Assembly (NCBI GenBank): GCA_029781115.1
Contig: JAKOXG010000010.1
Location: 4,582 to 68,581, forward strand
Direction: 5' to 3'
DNA: 64,000 nucleotides
DNA from: Candidatus Cloacimonadota bacterium
GTDB lineage: Bacteria > Cloacimonadota > Cloacimonadia > Cloacimonadales > Cloacimonadaceae
Below, piece by piece: positions 1 to 10,229 of the stretch (positions are counted from its first letter, which is position 1; the number at the start of each line of letters is the position of its first letter). Made by a program: the position numbers and the translations under genes. The notes under the pieces are model-generated. The model worked only from the letters and a program-made list of their open reading frames with translations, was not told where the DNA came from and made no database searches.

Positions 1-771
1 ACCTTAGCGCAGTTTATGGCGCATGATACCTTCCGCAACCGCTATGAGCAGGGCTTAAGCCTGGGCATGCACGAGCTGATGTATCCTGTGTTGCAGAGCT
101 ATGATTCGGTGGCGGTGGAGAGTGACGTGGAGCTGGGAGCCACCGAGCAGAAGTTCAACATCCTCTGTGGGCGTGATATGCAACGCTATTTCGGTCAAGA
201 ACAGCAGGTGGCGGTGCTTTCTCCCATACTCACCGGCACGGATGGCGTGAATAAGATGGGTAAATCCCTCAACAACTACATCGCCGTCTTTGATACGCCC
301 AACGATAAATATGGCAAGGTGATGTCCATTCCGGACAGCCTGATCATCAACTACTATAACTATGCAGCCTTTGCACTGGAAGATGAGATCAAAGCCATAG
401 AGGCTGAGCTGAAGCAGGGCGTAAACCCCATGTTGATCAAGAAGCGTTTGGCGCATAGGATTGTGAGCTATTATCACAGTGACGCCGAGGCTGACGAGGC
501 TGCAGAGGCTTTTGACCGGCAGTTTTCACAGCGGGAAGTTCCGGAAGAAATGCCGGAATATGCTTTGGCCAGCGGTGAATACAGGCTTACCAATATCTTG
601 GTGGACAGTGGGCTTTGCAAGACGCAGGGTGAGGCCAAGCGTTTGATCCAGGGCGGAGGTGTGAGTGTCGATGGCGAAAGAATAGAAACCTGGGATCACG
701 TCCTGAATTTTGAAGCCGACACCATCATCAGAGCCGGCAAGAGAAGATATCTCAAGCTGGTAAAGGCATAA
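1..771 (+). CDS. tyrS: Tyrosyl-tRNA synthetase, C-terminal portion (5' end outside window)
   Basis: The frame is open from base 1. It has a KMSKS-class loop (KMGKSLNNYI) and a C-terminal S4-like RNA-binding module (GEAKRLIQGGGVSVDGERI). The TAA stop at 769-771 overlaps the next ATG. Confidence 0.9.
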   Translation, partial: TLAQFMAHDTFRNRYEQGLSLGMHELMYPVLQSYDSVAVESDVELGATEQKFNILCGRDMQRYFGQEQQVAVLSPILTGTDGVNKMGKSLNNYIAVFDTPNDKYGKVMSIPDSLIINYYNYAAFALEDEIKAIEAELKQGVNPMLIKKRLAHRIVSYYHSDAEADEAAEAFDRQFSQREVPEEMPEYALASGEYRLTNILVDSGLCKTQGEAKRLIQGGGVSVDGERIETWDHVLNFEADTIIRAGKRRYLKLVKA

Positions 772-1424
772 TGAGCGTAGAATTACAGTTAAAGCTTATG
801 CGTTGGACCATCACCACGGTGATGATCGTCATCGTCTTTTACAGCATTATTCTACACGAGATCAGCCATGCCTTTGTGGCTAAACTGCTGGGTGATGATA
901 CTGCCAAACGCTATGGGCGACTGAGTCTGAATCCGCTTAAGCATATAGATTGGTTTGGCACGATTATCTTGCCGCTGCTGATGTACTTTACGCTTGGATT
1001 TATGTGGGGCTATGCCAAGCCGATTCCCATCAATCCTTACAATTTTAAAAACTACAAGCGTGATACGGGGCTAACAGCTCTTGCCGGGCCATTGGCCAAC
1101 ATCCTGATCGGCATCGTGTTTGCCCTTTTCTACCACCTGAGTGCAGGAACCTATATCGTGAGCCAGATCTGCGTGAACGTGATATTCCTAAACTTTCTGC
1201 TGGCTTTCTTCAATCTCATCCCCATTCCGCCTTTGGATGGTTCCAAGGTGCTGGGCATGTTTTTGACCGATGAGGCCTACCTAAGATGGACTTATCAGGA
1301 GAAAAAGGGCATGATAGCCATCTTTATCATCATCATAGTCTCCAATCTCATGGGTTTGAATATCATTGGCAGATTGGTGATTCCGCCGGTGCGGTTTCTG
1401 ATGAAGATACTGGGCGTCGTGTAA
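771..1424 (+). CDS. Site-2 protease family (peptidase M50) membrane zinc metalloprotease
   Basis: HEISH (HExxH) lies in a hydrophobic segment, with an NLIPIPPLDG motif and several predicted TM helices. TAATG overlap with tyrS. Confidence 0.85.
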   Translation: MSVELQLKLMRWTITTVMIVIVFYSIILHEISHAFVAKLLGDDTAKRYGRLSLNPLKHIDWFGTIILPLLMYFTLGFMWGYAKPIPINPYNFKNYKRDTGLTALAGPLANILIGIVFALFYHLSAGTYIVSQICVNVIFLNFLLAFFNLIPIPPLDGSKVLGMFLTDEAYLRWTYQEKKGMIAIFIIIIVSNLMGLNIIGRLVIPPVRFLMKILGVV

Positions 1425-1598
1425 AAAAGTATAGAAATCACATTTCAAATACAAGGTGCAACCGGTTGAGAATGCATAATATAGCTATTGACATCCTTAT
1501 GGTGCAGCCGGGTGGCGCATATTTAATCCACTTTGGAACGTTATTTGCATCCAATACCTGACAATTAGATCAAACCTGGAAAACAAGAGGAATAAACA

Positions 1599-4500
1599 AT
1601 GAAAAAACACATTCTGTTAATCGTGGTGGCATTGATCGTAGGCTTTGCATTTGCAGCAGTCAATGATTATGTCCCTATCGACCACAGAGCGGCCTTTGAG
1701 GTCACCAATAGTAGCTCTGGCAAGATGAACATTCATTTCACGTTGCCGGACTACACCCTTGAAAATGTAACTGTGGGAGACATGCAGTTTCAAAAAGTCC
1801 ACATCCAGGATGCTGGACAGACTGTGCAAGATGGTCTTCCGCAACTTCCTTATTTGACAATCACACTTGCTATCCCATATCAGGGCGCACCACAGCTAAG
1901 CTTTATTGGTGCTCAGACGCAAGTAATCAATAACATCAGAGCGTTTCCCGTTCAAGAGGGGATAGCAGAAGAGAGCCCCAAGAGTTTTGTGTATGATGCT
2001 GAATTTTACCAGACCAACACTCTATATCCTCAAAGTCCCTTGGAATGTAGCGAGCCCTACATCCTCAGAGATTTCAGGTTGTTGAGTATCCAAGTAAATC
2101 CCTTTAGCTACAATGCTGCCACGCAAGAGCTCACCGTGAGTGAGAGCATGGAGTTTGAGCTGGATTTTACGGATCAACCCAGTGCAAATGAGATTGCAGG
2201 AGAGTTCACGGGCTATTCGCCTGCATTTACGAAGATTTACGAAGCCAATATCTTCAACTTTAATGATTATCGCTATTACATAACCGAAAATCAGCCACCG
2301 CGCTATCTGATAATCTATGGTGGCACCAACCATGACAACAACTTCCAAACTGCGCTAAACGACTTTGTGCTTTGGAAGAAGCAAAAGGGTGCGGAAGTGG
2401 ATTTGGCCGGCACCAGCGTAGCCGGAACATCAACTACTGCCATCAAAAGCTATATTCAAAGCAGATATGACAATCCGGTCACCCGGCCTGACTACATTGT
2501 CTTGATCGGGGATACCGGAGGTTCATACGCGATTCCCTGTTATACAGTAGACTCCGGTGCTTCAGACTACTCCTATACATTTTTAGCCGGCAATGACTCA
2601 GTGGGCGACGTGATGATCGGCCGCATTTCTGTGGAAAACTTCTCGCAATTGCAGAATATCTTTAACAAGATCTATCTCTATGAGAGAGACCTGAACATAA
2701 GCACAGCAGACTGGCTGAACAGAATGCTTTTGGTTGGAGACCCCGCACACAATAGCGGCATAAGCTGTATATATGTGAGCAAATACATCAAGGAGATGGC
2801 ACTCAAGGTCAATCCCAATTATACCTTTACCGAACTCTACAGTGGCTCCTTTTCTACCGGCATGAACCAGGCTATAAGCAATGGAGTGGGTTTCTTCAGC
2901 TATCGTGGTTGGATTGGTATGAGCGGTTGGAGTCCCAACGATTCACAACTTTCCAATGGCTATAAGCTGGTGCATGCAGTTATTCCGACTTGCTCCAGCG
3001 GAAACTTCAGTAGCACTGCGACCTCTGAAGCTTTCATAAGATTGGGCTCGGCAACTGCACCCAAGGGAGCTGTGACTGCAACGGGAATGGCTACCTCCCG
3101 CACCAGGACACTTACCAATAATGCACTTTGCGGAGGCACCTATGGTGGAATCTTTACTTGGGGCATGCGCACCATGGGTGAAGCGGTGCTAAATGGAAAG
3201 CTCTTTCTGCACGAAGTATTCGGCTCAAGCTACTATAACTCCATTATGTTGTATCATGCTTCTTGGTTCAATCTGATGGGTGACCCCACCATGGAAGTCT
3301 TTGTGGGAATTCCGGACACATTCAGTGCCATCGTTCCCACCACTATCGCTTTGGGAACACGTCTCATAGACGTAGTTGCGCTCAATGGAGCCCTGGAGCA
3401 TGTAGCTGATGCCAGTGTAACCCTTTCACAGGGACATAGCATCCTCAGCAAAGGTTACACAGATGAAAACGGAGCTGTCACCCTGCCTTTGCCGACCGTG
3501 ATGAGCAGTACAGATTGCGTGCTAACCATCAGCAAACATAACTTTAAGCCTGTCCAGATCACCATTACCGTGGATGCTACCGGCACTTTGACGCCTGGCA
3601 CGCTGACGGTGGATGACGACAACCAAGGCCAATCCCAGGGCAATGCTGATGGAGCTGCCAATGCAGGAGAGACTATCGAATTGACGTTTGGCATCAACAA
3701 TACCAAGGCGGAAGCTATCAACGGCGTGAGTGGCTATCTGATCTGCGATAGTCCCTATGTGACTATCGCTGATTCCACCGTCACCTTTGGCAATATCCCC
3801 GCAGGAGGAATGGGTTCAAACAGCCCTGCCGTCGTATTGCAGATTGCCAACAATATCCCCAACAACACCTACATAAGATTGACCATGCAATTGATAGATG
3901 ATCAAGGTAACGAATACCAAGTGGTAGACCGGCTCCAGGTGGGCAACGCTGAGATCATGTACCACTCCTATCAAGTGATAGATGCAGGCGTAAACAATGT
4001 GCTGGATCCAGGCGAAACAGGCGGCTTGAAAGTTACCTTGAGCAACGTCGGCGCTCAGGCCTTGACGGGTGTCTATGCCAGGCTTTATAGCGACAACGAC
4101 CTGGTCTCGGTCACCAGCAGCAACATCGTTTTTTATGGCGACCTGCTGCAAAATATAGAGATTACGCCCAACAGTGAAGCCTTCAGTCTCAAGGCAAGGG
4201 ATCAGGTGCTGCCCGGAATGACCATTCCCATGCGGATGAAAATATACAATGATGCAGGGTTTGAACAATGGGTCTACTTCAGCTTTACCGTTGGCAGTGT
4301 CACTGTGCACTCTCCTCTTGGACCAGACGAATATGGCTATGTGATCTATGATGATGGCGACGTGTTTTATGAAGAATGCCCCATCTATGACTGGATTGGA
4401 ATAGCGCCCGCAGAAGGTGGATTTGGCACAGCTCTACCCATCTCAGACACTTATTCCAGCAGCAACGAAGGCGACCAAACAAACGCTAATTCCTTGGCTG

Positions 4501-7088
4501 TGGTTGATCTACCTTTCACCTTCCAGTTTTATGGAGAACCTTATAGCCAGATCACGGTGAGCTCCAACGGCTTTATCGTGATGGGAATTACAGAAAATGC
4601 CGAGTTTAGAAACTATCGTATACCAGGGCCGATGGGTCCCAGTCCCATGATCGCACCTTTCTGGGATGACCTCGCTACACACACTGGCAGCGGCATTTAC
4701 ACCTTCTTTGATCGGAGCAACCATGCCTTCATCATCGAATGGTACAATATGCGCAACGGAGCAAACGGAAGTTCACCGGAGACATTCCAAGTGATATTGT
4801 ATGACCCTGCCGTACACGCCGGTTCAATGGGTGATGGTCCCATCAAAATCCAATATCATACCTTCAATAATGTAGATAGCACGACATCTGTTCCAGGTCA
4901 CCATGGTCGTTATGCTACGATAGGAATTAAAAACGCCCAGGGCAACATTGGCTTGGAATACAGTTTTGCCAATACCTATCCCGCCGCTGCTTCACCACTG
5001 GGCAACAACCGTGCACTCTATATCACCAATGTTCCCATCCACTATGAAGCACCGCATATGGTGATCGGTGAAACACATGTGACTGATCCCAACAATAACG
5101 GCGTGTGTGAGCCGGGCGAAACCATCAACCTGGGCGTGGAGCTCAGCAACATCGGCAACTCCGTGGCAGATCAGCTCAGAGCAACCTTGAGCACCATGAG
5201 TCCCTATGTGACCATGGTACAGGATACCGCCGCCTATTATCCCATCGATGGTGAATCTTCGGGCTACAACCGCACTCCCTTTGTCTTTACTGTTTCCGAA
5301 AGCTGTCCTGACGGAACGGTGTTGGAATTTAACCTCGATATCACCGCTGGAGAGGATGCTGCCTGGACCAGATCCTTCACCCTCAGAGTAGATGCTTCAA
5401 CCTTGGAATATCTGGGCTTCTTGATCAACGACGCAGACGCTGTCTATGATGGCGTGATCGAACCCGGAGAAACCATCAAGCTGGCCATCAATGTGAAGAA
5501 CAGATCCGCCGTGGCAGCCACAGGTCTGCTTGCAACGCTCAGTTCCCCTGATTCAAATCATATACTGATTAGTAACCCTATGATCCAAAAAGGCTCAGTG
5601 GATGCAAACGACATCGTCCAGTTTGTATATGAAATAGAGTTCAATCTCACAGATACCGAAAGCTCTTACAAGTCAATGCAATTCAATGTAAGTTTGGATA
5701 ATGGCAGGCCAATGAGCACCACCATCATGGTTCCCTTCAATATGAACAATATCTTCAGCGATTTTGAGACCGAAAATGGTGGCTTCACACCCGGATTAGG
5801 CTGGTCATGGGGCACGCCTGCTCAGGTGACACCCTTCTCGGGAACAAAGCTCTGGGCTACCAATCTGAGCGGAAACTATCCAGATTCCATCACTTGGGAC
5901 CTTTACACACCTGTTTATGCTTTGCAGACAGGCTCGCAGCTCAAGTTTATGCATCGCTATGGGTTTGAAAACAACTATGACGGTGGCAATATCGCCATCT
6001 CTACTAACAATGGAGATACCTGGACACTGCTTACACCCAATGGAGGCTATACACACAATAGCTTGACGGGGCTGAACTCACAACCGGGCTTTTCCGGATT
6101 CCTCAGTATGTGGCAACAAGTGGTCTGTGACCTCAGCCAATATGCAAACCAGATGGTGATGTTCAGGTTCCGCATAGGTGCGGACGAAACCAATGAATCC
6201 ATCGGCTGGTTCATAGATAACTTTGAGCTCAGCGGTGTTGACCAAAAGACCGGCTATATTACCGGAGTAGTGTTCCCAACTTCCGATGCCGATGTCACCA
6301 AAGCAAGCGTCAGAGCCAACACATTCTATTCAACCAACCCGGATGAAACCGGTCACTATACGCTGTACCTGCCCAATGGAACACACAGCATCACAGCTTC
6401 GTTGCCCTATCACCAGTCATCCACCGTAAATGGTGTCAGTATCTCGCCATCAGCTCCAACTTATGAGCTGGATTTCACCCTGATCAACCTGCCTCCTCCA
6501 TCTGAGTTGGCCTTTACTGTGGACAATGATACTGGATTGGTCTCACTTGCCTGGGGTGCACCTTTCGATCCGGTGCACCAAGTGATGGGGTATTATGTAT
6601 ATAAACGCTTCAATACCGGGCCATTTGTGAGATATCAAGAAGTCAATAGCCAGACCCTTGGCTTTGAGGATCACATTGACCTGGATATGTTGGGTCAATA
6701 CAAATACTACGTCACCGCCAAATATCTCAATACTGAAGGTGAGCCCAGTAATCTGGCAGAATTTGACTTCCCATACTACCCGCCTCCAGAAGCTGAGCAG
6801 ACACCTGCCCTGGTCACCAAATTGGCACAAAACTATCCCAATCCCTTCAACCCTACCACCACGATTAGCTTTGACCTGGCCAGACCCGGACAGGTGAAAC
6901 TGGACGTCTACAACATCAAGGGACAATTGGTGCGCAGCTTGGTTAATGGTGCTCTGAGTGCCGGTAGCCACAAGGTGGTATGGAACGGAACGGATGCCCG
7001 CAACCGCAGCGTCGCTTCCGGTATCTATTACTACCGCCTGGAAACCAAGAACTATACCAAAACCAACAAGATGGTTTTGATGAAATAG
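1599..7088 (+). CDS. Giant secreted peptidase C25 (gingipain)-family multidomain protein with T9SS C-terminal sorting domain
   Basis: Signal peptide (MKKHILLIVVALIVGFAFA) and AAGAGG RBS. C25-like region with a conserved Cys strand (IPTCSSGNF). Four CARDB-like xPGETxxL...N.G modules, a jelly-roll module (GWFIDNFEL), CarboxypepD_reg-like and Fn3-like modules. CTD is NYPNPFNPTTTISF...GIYYYRLETKNYTKTNKMVLMK. Confidence 0.8.
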   Translation: MKKHILLIVVALIVGFAFAAVNDYVPIDHRAAFEVTNSSSGKMNIHFTLPDYTLENVTVGDMQFQKVHIQDAGQTVQDGLPQLPYLTITLAIPYQGAPQLSFIGAQTQVINNIRAFPVQEGIAEESPKSFVYDAEFYQTNTLYPQSPLECSEPYILRDFRLLSIQVNPFSYNAATQELTVSESMEFELDFTDQPSANEIAGEFTGYSPAFTKIYEANIFNFNDYRYYITENQPPRYLIIYGGTNHDNNFQTALNDFVLWKKQKGAEVDLAGTSVAGTSTTAIKSYIQSRYDNPVTRPDYIVLIGDTGGSYAIPCYTVDSGASDYSYTFLAGNDSVGDVMIGRISVENFSQLQNIFNKIYLYERDLNISTADWLNRMLLVGDPAHNSGISCIYVSKYIKEMALKVNPNYTFTELYSGSFSTGMNQAISNGVGFFSYRGWIGMSGWSPNDSQLSNGYKLVHAVIPTCSSGNFSSTATSEAFIRLGSATAPKGAVTATGMATSRTRTLTNNALCGGTYGGIFTWGMRTMGEAVLNGKLFLHEVFGSSYYNSIMLYHASWFNLMGDPTMEVFVGIPDTFSAIVPTTIALGTRLIDVVALNGALEHVADASVTLSQGHSILSKGYTDENGAVTLPLPTVMSSTDCVLTISKHNFKPVQITITVDATGTLTPGTLTVDDDNQGQSQGNADGAANAGETIELTFGINNTKAEAINGVSGYLICDSPYVTIADSTVTFGNIPAGGMGSNSPAVVLQIANNIPNNTYIRLTMQLIDDQGNEYQVVDRLQVGNAEIMYHSYQVIDAGVNNVLDPGETGGLKVTLSNVGAQALTGVYARLYSDNDLVSVTSSNIVFYGDLLQNIEITPNSEAFSLKARDQVLPGMTIPMRMKIYNDAGFEQWVYFSFTVGSVTVHSPLGPDEYGYVIYDDGDVFYEECPIYDWIGIAPAEGGFGTALPISDTYSSSNEGDQTNANSLAVVDLPFTFQFYGEPYSQITVSSNGFIVMGITENAEFRNYRIPGPMGPSPMIAPFWDDLATHTGSGIYTFFDRSNHAFIIEWYNMRNGANGSSPETFQVILYDPAVHAGSMGDGPIKIQYHTFNNVDSTTSVPGHHGRYATIGIKNAQGNIGLEYSFANTYPAAASPLGNNRALYITNVPIHYEAPHMVIGETHVTDPNNNGVCEPGETINLGVELSNIGNSVADQLRATLSTMSPYVTMVQDTAAYYPIDGESSGYNRTPFVFTVSESCPDGTVLEFNLDITAGEDAAWTRSFTLRVDASTLEYLGFLINDADAVYDGVIEPGETIKLAINVKNRSAVAATGLLATLSSPDSNHILISNPMIQKGSVDANDIVQFVYEIEFNLTDTESSYKSMQFNVSLDNGRPMSTTIMVPFNMNNIFSDFETENGGFTPGLGWSWGTPAQVTPFSGTKLWATNLSGNYPDSITWDLYTPVYALQTGSQLKFMHRYGFENNYDGGNIAISTNNGDTWTLLTPNGGYTHNSLTGLNSQPGFSGFLSMWQQVVCDLSQYANQMVMFRFRIGADETNESIGWFIDNFELSGVDQKTGYITGVVFPTSDADVTKASVRANTFYSTNPDETGHYTLYLPNGTHSITASLPYHQSSTVNGVSISPSAPTYELDFTLINLPPPSELAFTVDNDTGLVSLAWGAPFDPVHQVMGYYVYKRFNTGPFVRYQEVNSQTLGFEDHIDLDMLGQYKYYVTAKYLNTEGEPSNLAEFDFPYYPPPEAEQTPALVTKLAQNYPNPFNPTTTISFDLARPGQVKLDVYNIKGQLVRSLVNGALSAGSHKVVWNGTDARNRSVASGIYYYRLETKNYTKTNKMVLMK

Positions 7089-7110
7089 CGATCTTGATAG
7101 ATCTAAGAAT

Positions 7111-7143
7111 AGAGGGGATCATGCGTGATCCTCTCTATTTTGT
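7111..7143 (+). terminator. Rho-independent terminator after the C25 gene
   Basis: 11-bp stem AGAGGGGATCA/TGATCCTCTCT with loop TGCG, followed by ATTTTGTG. Confidence 0.7.
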
Positions 7144-7267
7144 GAATGGGGAAATGGCGCTGTGTTCATCCTTTTTCTTAACCGAAAAGATAAAATGAAA
7201 ATCTATTTGCTTGGCGCACATATTTGATTATCGTATTAATACAGATACAAAAAACAAGGAGAACATA

Positions 7268-7933
7268 ATGGAAAACATACAGAAACCCTCAATGCCTCTC
7301 TTGGGCGACAAATTCCCCAGCATGAAAGTAGTCACCACGCGTGGTGAGATGAATCTGCCAGAAGATCTGAAAGGCAAATGGTTTGTGCTATTTAGCCATC
7401 CGGCTGATTTCACCCCCGTCTGCACCACAGAATTTGTGGCATTCCAAAAGCTTTATCCCAAGTTTAGAGACCTGGATACCGAGCTGATCGGCTTGAGTAT
7501 TGACCAGGTATTCTCTCATATCAAGTGGGAAGAGTGGATCAAAGAAAACATCAACGTGGAAATTGAATTTCCCATCATTGCGGATACCGGTGCTGTAGCT
7601 GCCACACTCGGCTTGGTGCATCCCGGCAAGGGAAGCAACACCGTGCGTGCAGTCTTTGTCGTGGATGACAAAGGCTATATCCGCCTCATTCTCTATTATC
7701 CTCAGGAGATGGGTCGCAATATGGATGAGATCCTCAGAGTGGTGGAAGGCTTGAGATTTGCAGACAAGAACAAGGTGGCTTTGCCAGCCAACTGGCCCAA
7801 GAACGACATTATTGACGATCATGTGATCATCCCGCCCGTTGCAACTATCGACGCTGCCAATGAGCGCAAAGAAAAAGCTGCCAAGGGTGAGATGCAGTGC
7901 TTTGATTGGTGGTTTTGCCACAAGAAAGTCTAA
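7268..7933 (+). CDS. Peroxiredoxin, Prx6 (1-Cys/archaeal-type) subfamily
   Basis: Peroxidatic motif [11 protein letters not shown] and a C-terminal Cx5C (CFDWWFC). AAGGAG RBS lies 7 nt before the ATG at 7268, so the ORF-track start at 7211 is probably too far upstream. Confidence 0.9.
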   Translation: MENIQKPSMPLLGDKFPSMKVVTTRGEMNLPEDLKGKWFVLFSHPADFTPVCTTEFVAFQKLYPKFRDLDTELIGLSIDQVFSHIKWEEWIKENINVEIEFPIIADTGAVAATLGLVHPGKGSNTVRAVFVVDDKGYIRLILYYPQEMGRNMDEILRVVEGLRFADKNKVALPANWPKNDIIDDHVIIPPVATIDAANERKEKAAKGEMQCFDWWFCHKKV

Positions 7934-7958
7934 TCACTAACGATTTCTCACAACTAAA

Positions 7959-8000
7959 AAAGGTTCAAGGCTTCATCAGCTTTGACCCTTTTTTTATTTT
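7959..8000 (+). terminator. Rho-independent terminator after the peroxiredoxin gene
   Basis: Stem AAGGTTCAAGGC/GCTTTGACCCTT (one mismatch, one G:U) followed by TTTTTTATTTT. Confidence 0.65.
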
Positions 8001-8111
8001 CACCTGAAATCAGCCACTATGGGTGCTTTGCGATATGGGAAACAAAGTGTGCATTAGCAGTCCGAAGTTAGGCAGTCTGAAAAGGCATTTCACCCATGTG
8101 TTCCCTGCGAG

Positions 8112-8298
8112 CCACCCTACATCCTCCTTACTTAAATAAGGGTGGATATAGAATTGATGGTGGGAACGAAACTGCTGAAAGGATGAGGCTCACCCACCTC
8201 TTCCTTACTTAGCCTCCCGGTGATTACCCGGAGCCTCCCGGGAAAAACCCGAGTATCTCCACGGCATCTCCCTGCGGGTAAGTAAGCAACGAGTGAGC
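8112..8298 (+). repeat. Intergenic structured repeat, family 1, copy 1
   Basis: 8195-8260 matches 19985-20050 at 64 of 66 positions, with weaker ungapped similarity for about 30 more nt. It contains CCTTACTTA at 8126 and 8203. TAAGTAAG (8279-8286) and GTGAGC (8293-8298) can pair with 8204-8211 and 8188-8193. Confidence 0.75.
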
Positions 8299-8468
8299 TG
8301 CGAGTTTGTAACCTGGACGAAAGACCCCAAGAAAAAGCCTATTGCTGCACATAGCCTTAAAGCCGAACTCGAGGCGCAAATTTCAAATTATGTGCCTTTT
8401 CTCTTGACAGAAATAGCCAACTTTGTGGACTGAGTCATAATCAAAGAAATTACCTAAATGGAGGAATC

Positions 8469-10118
8469 ATGACCCCAAGGATTCTAATTGCAATTACAAT
8501 AGCGATGCTGTTGTTTGCATGCACTACAAACGTCGTTCAAACCAGTACAGAGCCTATTCCAGAATTTCATGGCACACCTACCAAAGTGGCATTTTTGCCC
8601 ATCAAAGCCAATGATTCATCAAGCCGTAACATCGTGAAATTGATGACGGTGAGAGACTTGAAGCTGGTGTTTCAAACCCATCCCAAGTATGAGCTTATGG
8701 ATATGGAAGAAGTTGCCAGGATTTTTAAAGATTCCGGACACAGAAATGTGGATGATCTGGATAAAGAAGATATGAAAGAATTGGCCGAAAGCATCGGTGC
8801 AGACCTGCTCATCAAGACCAATATGAACGTTGGACGCCCGGGTCTCTTCAACGTCAATAGCCAGTTTTACAGCATCCGTTCCGATGAGCTCAAGCAACAC
8901 TCCTACGATGTGGTCACCAATAAAGACCAGCGTTACAAGATGTTGCAAGAAAACTTGATGCCCGAAATCGACTCCTTTGTCTCATCTGAAGTGGACAAGC
9001 TTTTGAATAGCGCCATTCAAAACTATGTGATGGAGAAAAATGAAGAAGCAATCGAAGGGTTCAAATATGTGATCAGCTTGGACCCTGAAAAGCTGGATGC
9101 TTATTACTATCTGGGCTGCACCTATCAGAAGGTTGAAGACTACGAACAGGCAGAAGAATATCTGAACAGGGCTGTTGATATCAAACCTGATGATGAGCGT
9201 TGCCTGCTTGTCTTGAATGACATCTATGAGGCTACCGATCAAAAGGTGAAGCGCGTTGCCCTGATGGAACAGATCGCCAGCAAGAGAGAAGATGAAGAGA
9301 TCTGGCTGGTGGTGGGTAACATCTATGATGAACTGGGCAACAAAGCTAAAGCCAAAGAAGCTTTTGAACAGTCCCTGCGTATTGATCCTGATTTTACTCA
9401 AACCATCATCAGATACGGCTTCTGGCTTTATGAAGGTGAAGACTATGTGGGAGCAATTCCATTGCTGGAAAAAGCTGCTGAGCTCTTCCCCGACAACGAG
9501 CTGGTCTCCGACCGCTTGGGTGCCTCCTACTTCAAGGCAAACCGCATCGCAGAAGCTATCACGCGCTATGAAAACATCATCGCCAACGATGCCAACAACA
9601 TGCAGGCTCTCTTGACCGTGGCCGGTCTCTATCGCACCCAGGCAAATGAAAGCACAGATTCCAAAGTCGCTTCAGAAAGTAACAGCAAGGCCATCGCAGC
9701 CCTCAATAAAGCTAAAGCGGTGGATCCGGAAAACGCTATGGTCTATCTGAACTTAGCTGCTATTTACTTTGCCCAGAAGAAGAACAGCGATGCAGAAACC
9801 AACGCCAACCTGGCTTTGGCCAAAAACCCCTCTCTGTATCAACCCTACTTGATTCTTTCCGGTGTGAACCAAACTAAAGGTTCAGACCAATACTCACGCT
9901 TTGTTGACCTGGAAAAGCAATCACAGAAAGCGGTGGGTAGAAAAGCAGACCAGCTCAAGAAAGACCGTGAAGCAGCCAAGAGTAATGCTTTGACACATCT
10001 GCGCAACGCCAGGGCAAACCTGGAAGCAGCAAGAAGCAGAACCACTGATGCCCAGGCATTGAGCGACATCAACAACCGTATCAACGGTATCAATAACATG
10101 ATCAACCAAGTGCAATAA
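8469..10118 (+). CDS. TPR-repeat lipoprotein
   Basis: Signal peptide with lipobox (LLFAC), multiple TPR-like repeats and a coiled C-terminus. GGAGG RBS. Confidence 0.75.
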   Translation: MTPRILIAITIAMLLFACTTNVVQTSTEPIPEFHGTPTKVAFLPIKANDSSSRNIVKLMTVRDLKLVFQTHPKYELMDMEEVARIFKDSGHRNVDDLDKEDMKELAESIGADLLIKTNMNVGRPGLFNVNSQFYSIRSDELKQHSYDVVTNKDQRYKMLQENLMPEIDSFVSSEVDKLLNSAIQNYVMEKNEEAIEGFKYVISLDPEKLDAYYYLGCTYQKVEDYEQAEEYLNRAVDIKPDDERCLLVLNDIYEATDQKVKRVALMEQIASKREDEEIWLVVGNIYDELGNKAKAKEAFEQSLRIDPDFTQTIIRYGFWLYEGEDYVGAIPLLEKAAELFPDNELVSDRLGASYFKANRIAEAITRYENIIANDANNMQALLTVAGLYRTQANESTDSKVASESNSKAIAALNKAKAVDPENAMVYLNLAAIYFAQKKNSDAETNANLALAKNPSLYQPYLILSGVNQTKGSDQYSRFVDLEKQSQKAVGRKADQLKKDREAAKSNALTHLRNARANLEAARSRTTDAQALSDINNRINGINNMINQVQ

Positions 10119-10140
10119 ATTCCTAAAAGCCTCACAATAA

Positions 10141-10170
10141 AAAACCGGCCAAGCACGCTTGGCCGGTTTT
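10141..10170. terminator. Bidirectional rho-independent terminator between convergent genes
   Basis: AAAACCGGCCAAGC-ACG-GCTTGGCCGGTTTT: a perfect stem flanked by an A-run and a T-run. Confidence 0.85.
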
Positions 10171-10229
10171 CTTTGTTTAGCCTGTTTTAACCTTACTTAG
10201 AAGTGTCCCTACTTGGGAAGTCAGAGTGT

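Noticed and set aside
1286-1561. A 91-aa ORF spanning the end of the M50 protease gene and the intergenic region.
   Set aside because: It overlaps a well-supported gene out of frame, has no RBS or motif, and is His/Ser/Arg-rich, as is typical of an off-frame translation.
7211-7267. The N-terminal extension of the peroxiredoxin ORF, and similar extensions at 17422-17502, 30011-30043, 13403-13525, 49725-49742 and 60592-60660.
   Set aside because: The internal starts are preceded by good Shine-Dalgarno sequences and give N-termini matching the family or a proper signal peptide. The extensions have no RBS.
8051-8078. ATTAGCAGT shared with the CIRCE-like site at 19934 as a second CIRCE element.
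   Set aside because: The right arm (GCAGTCTGA) does not resemble GAGTGCTAA and no inverted repeat is formed. The similarity is a short chance match.
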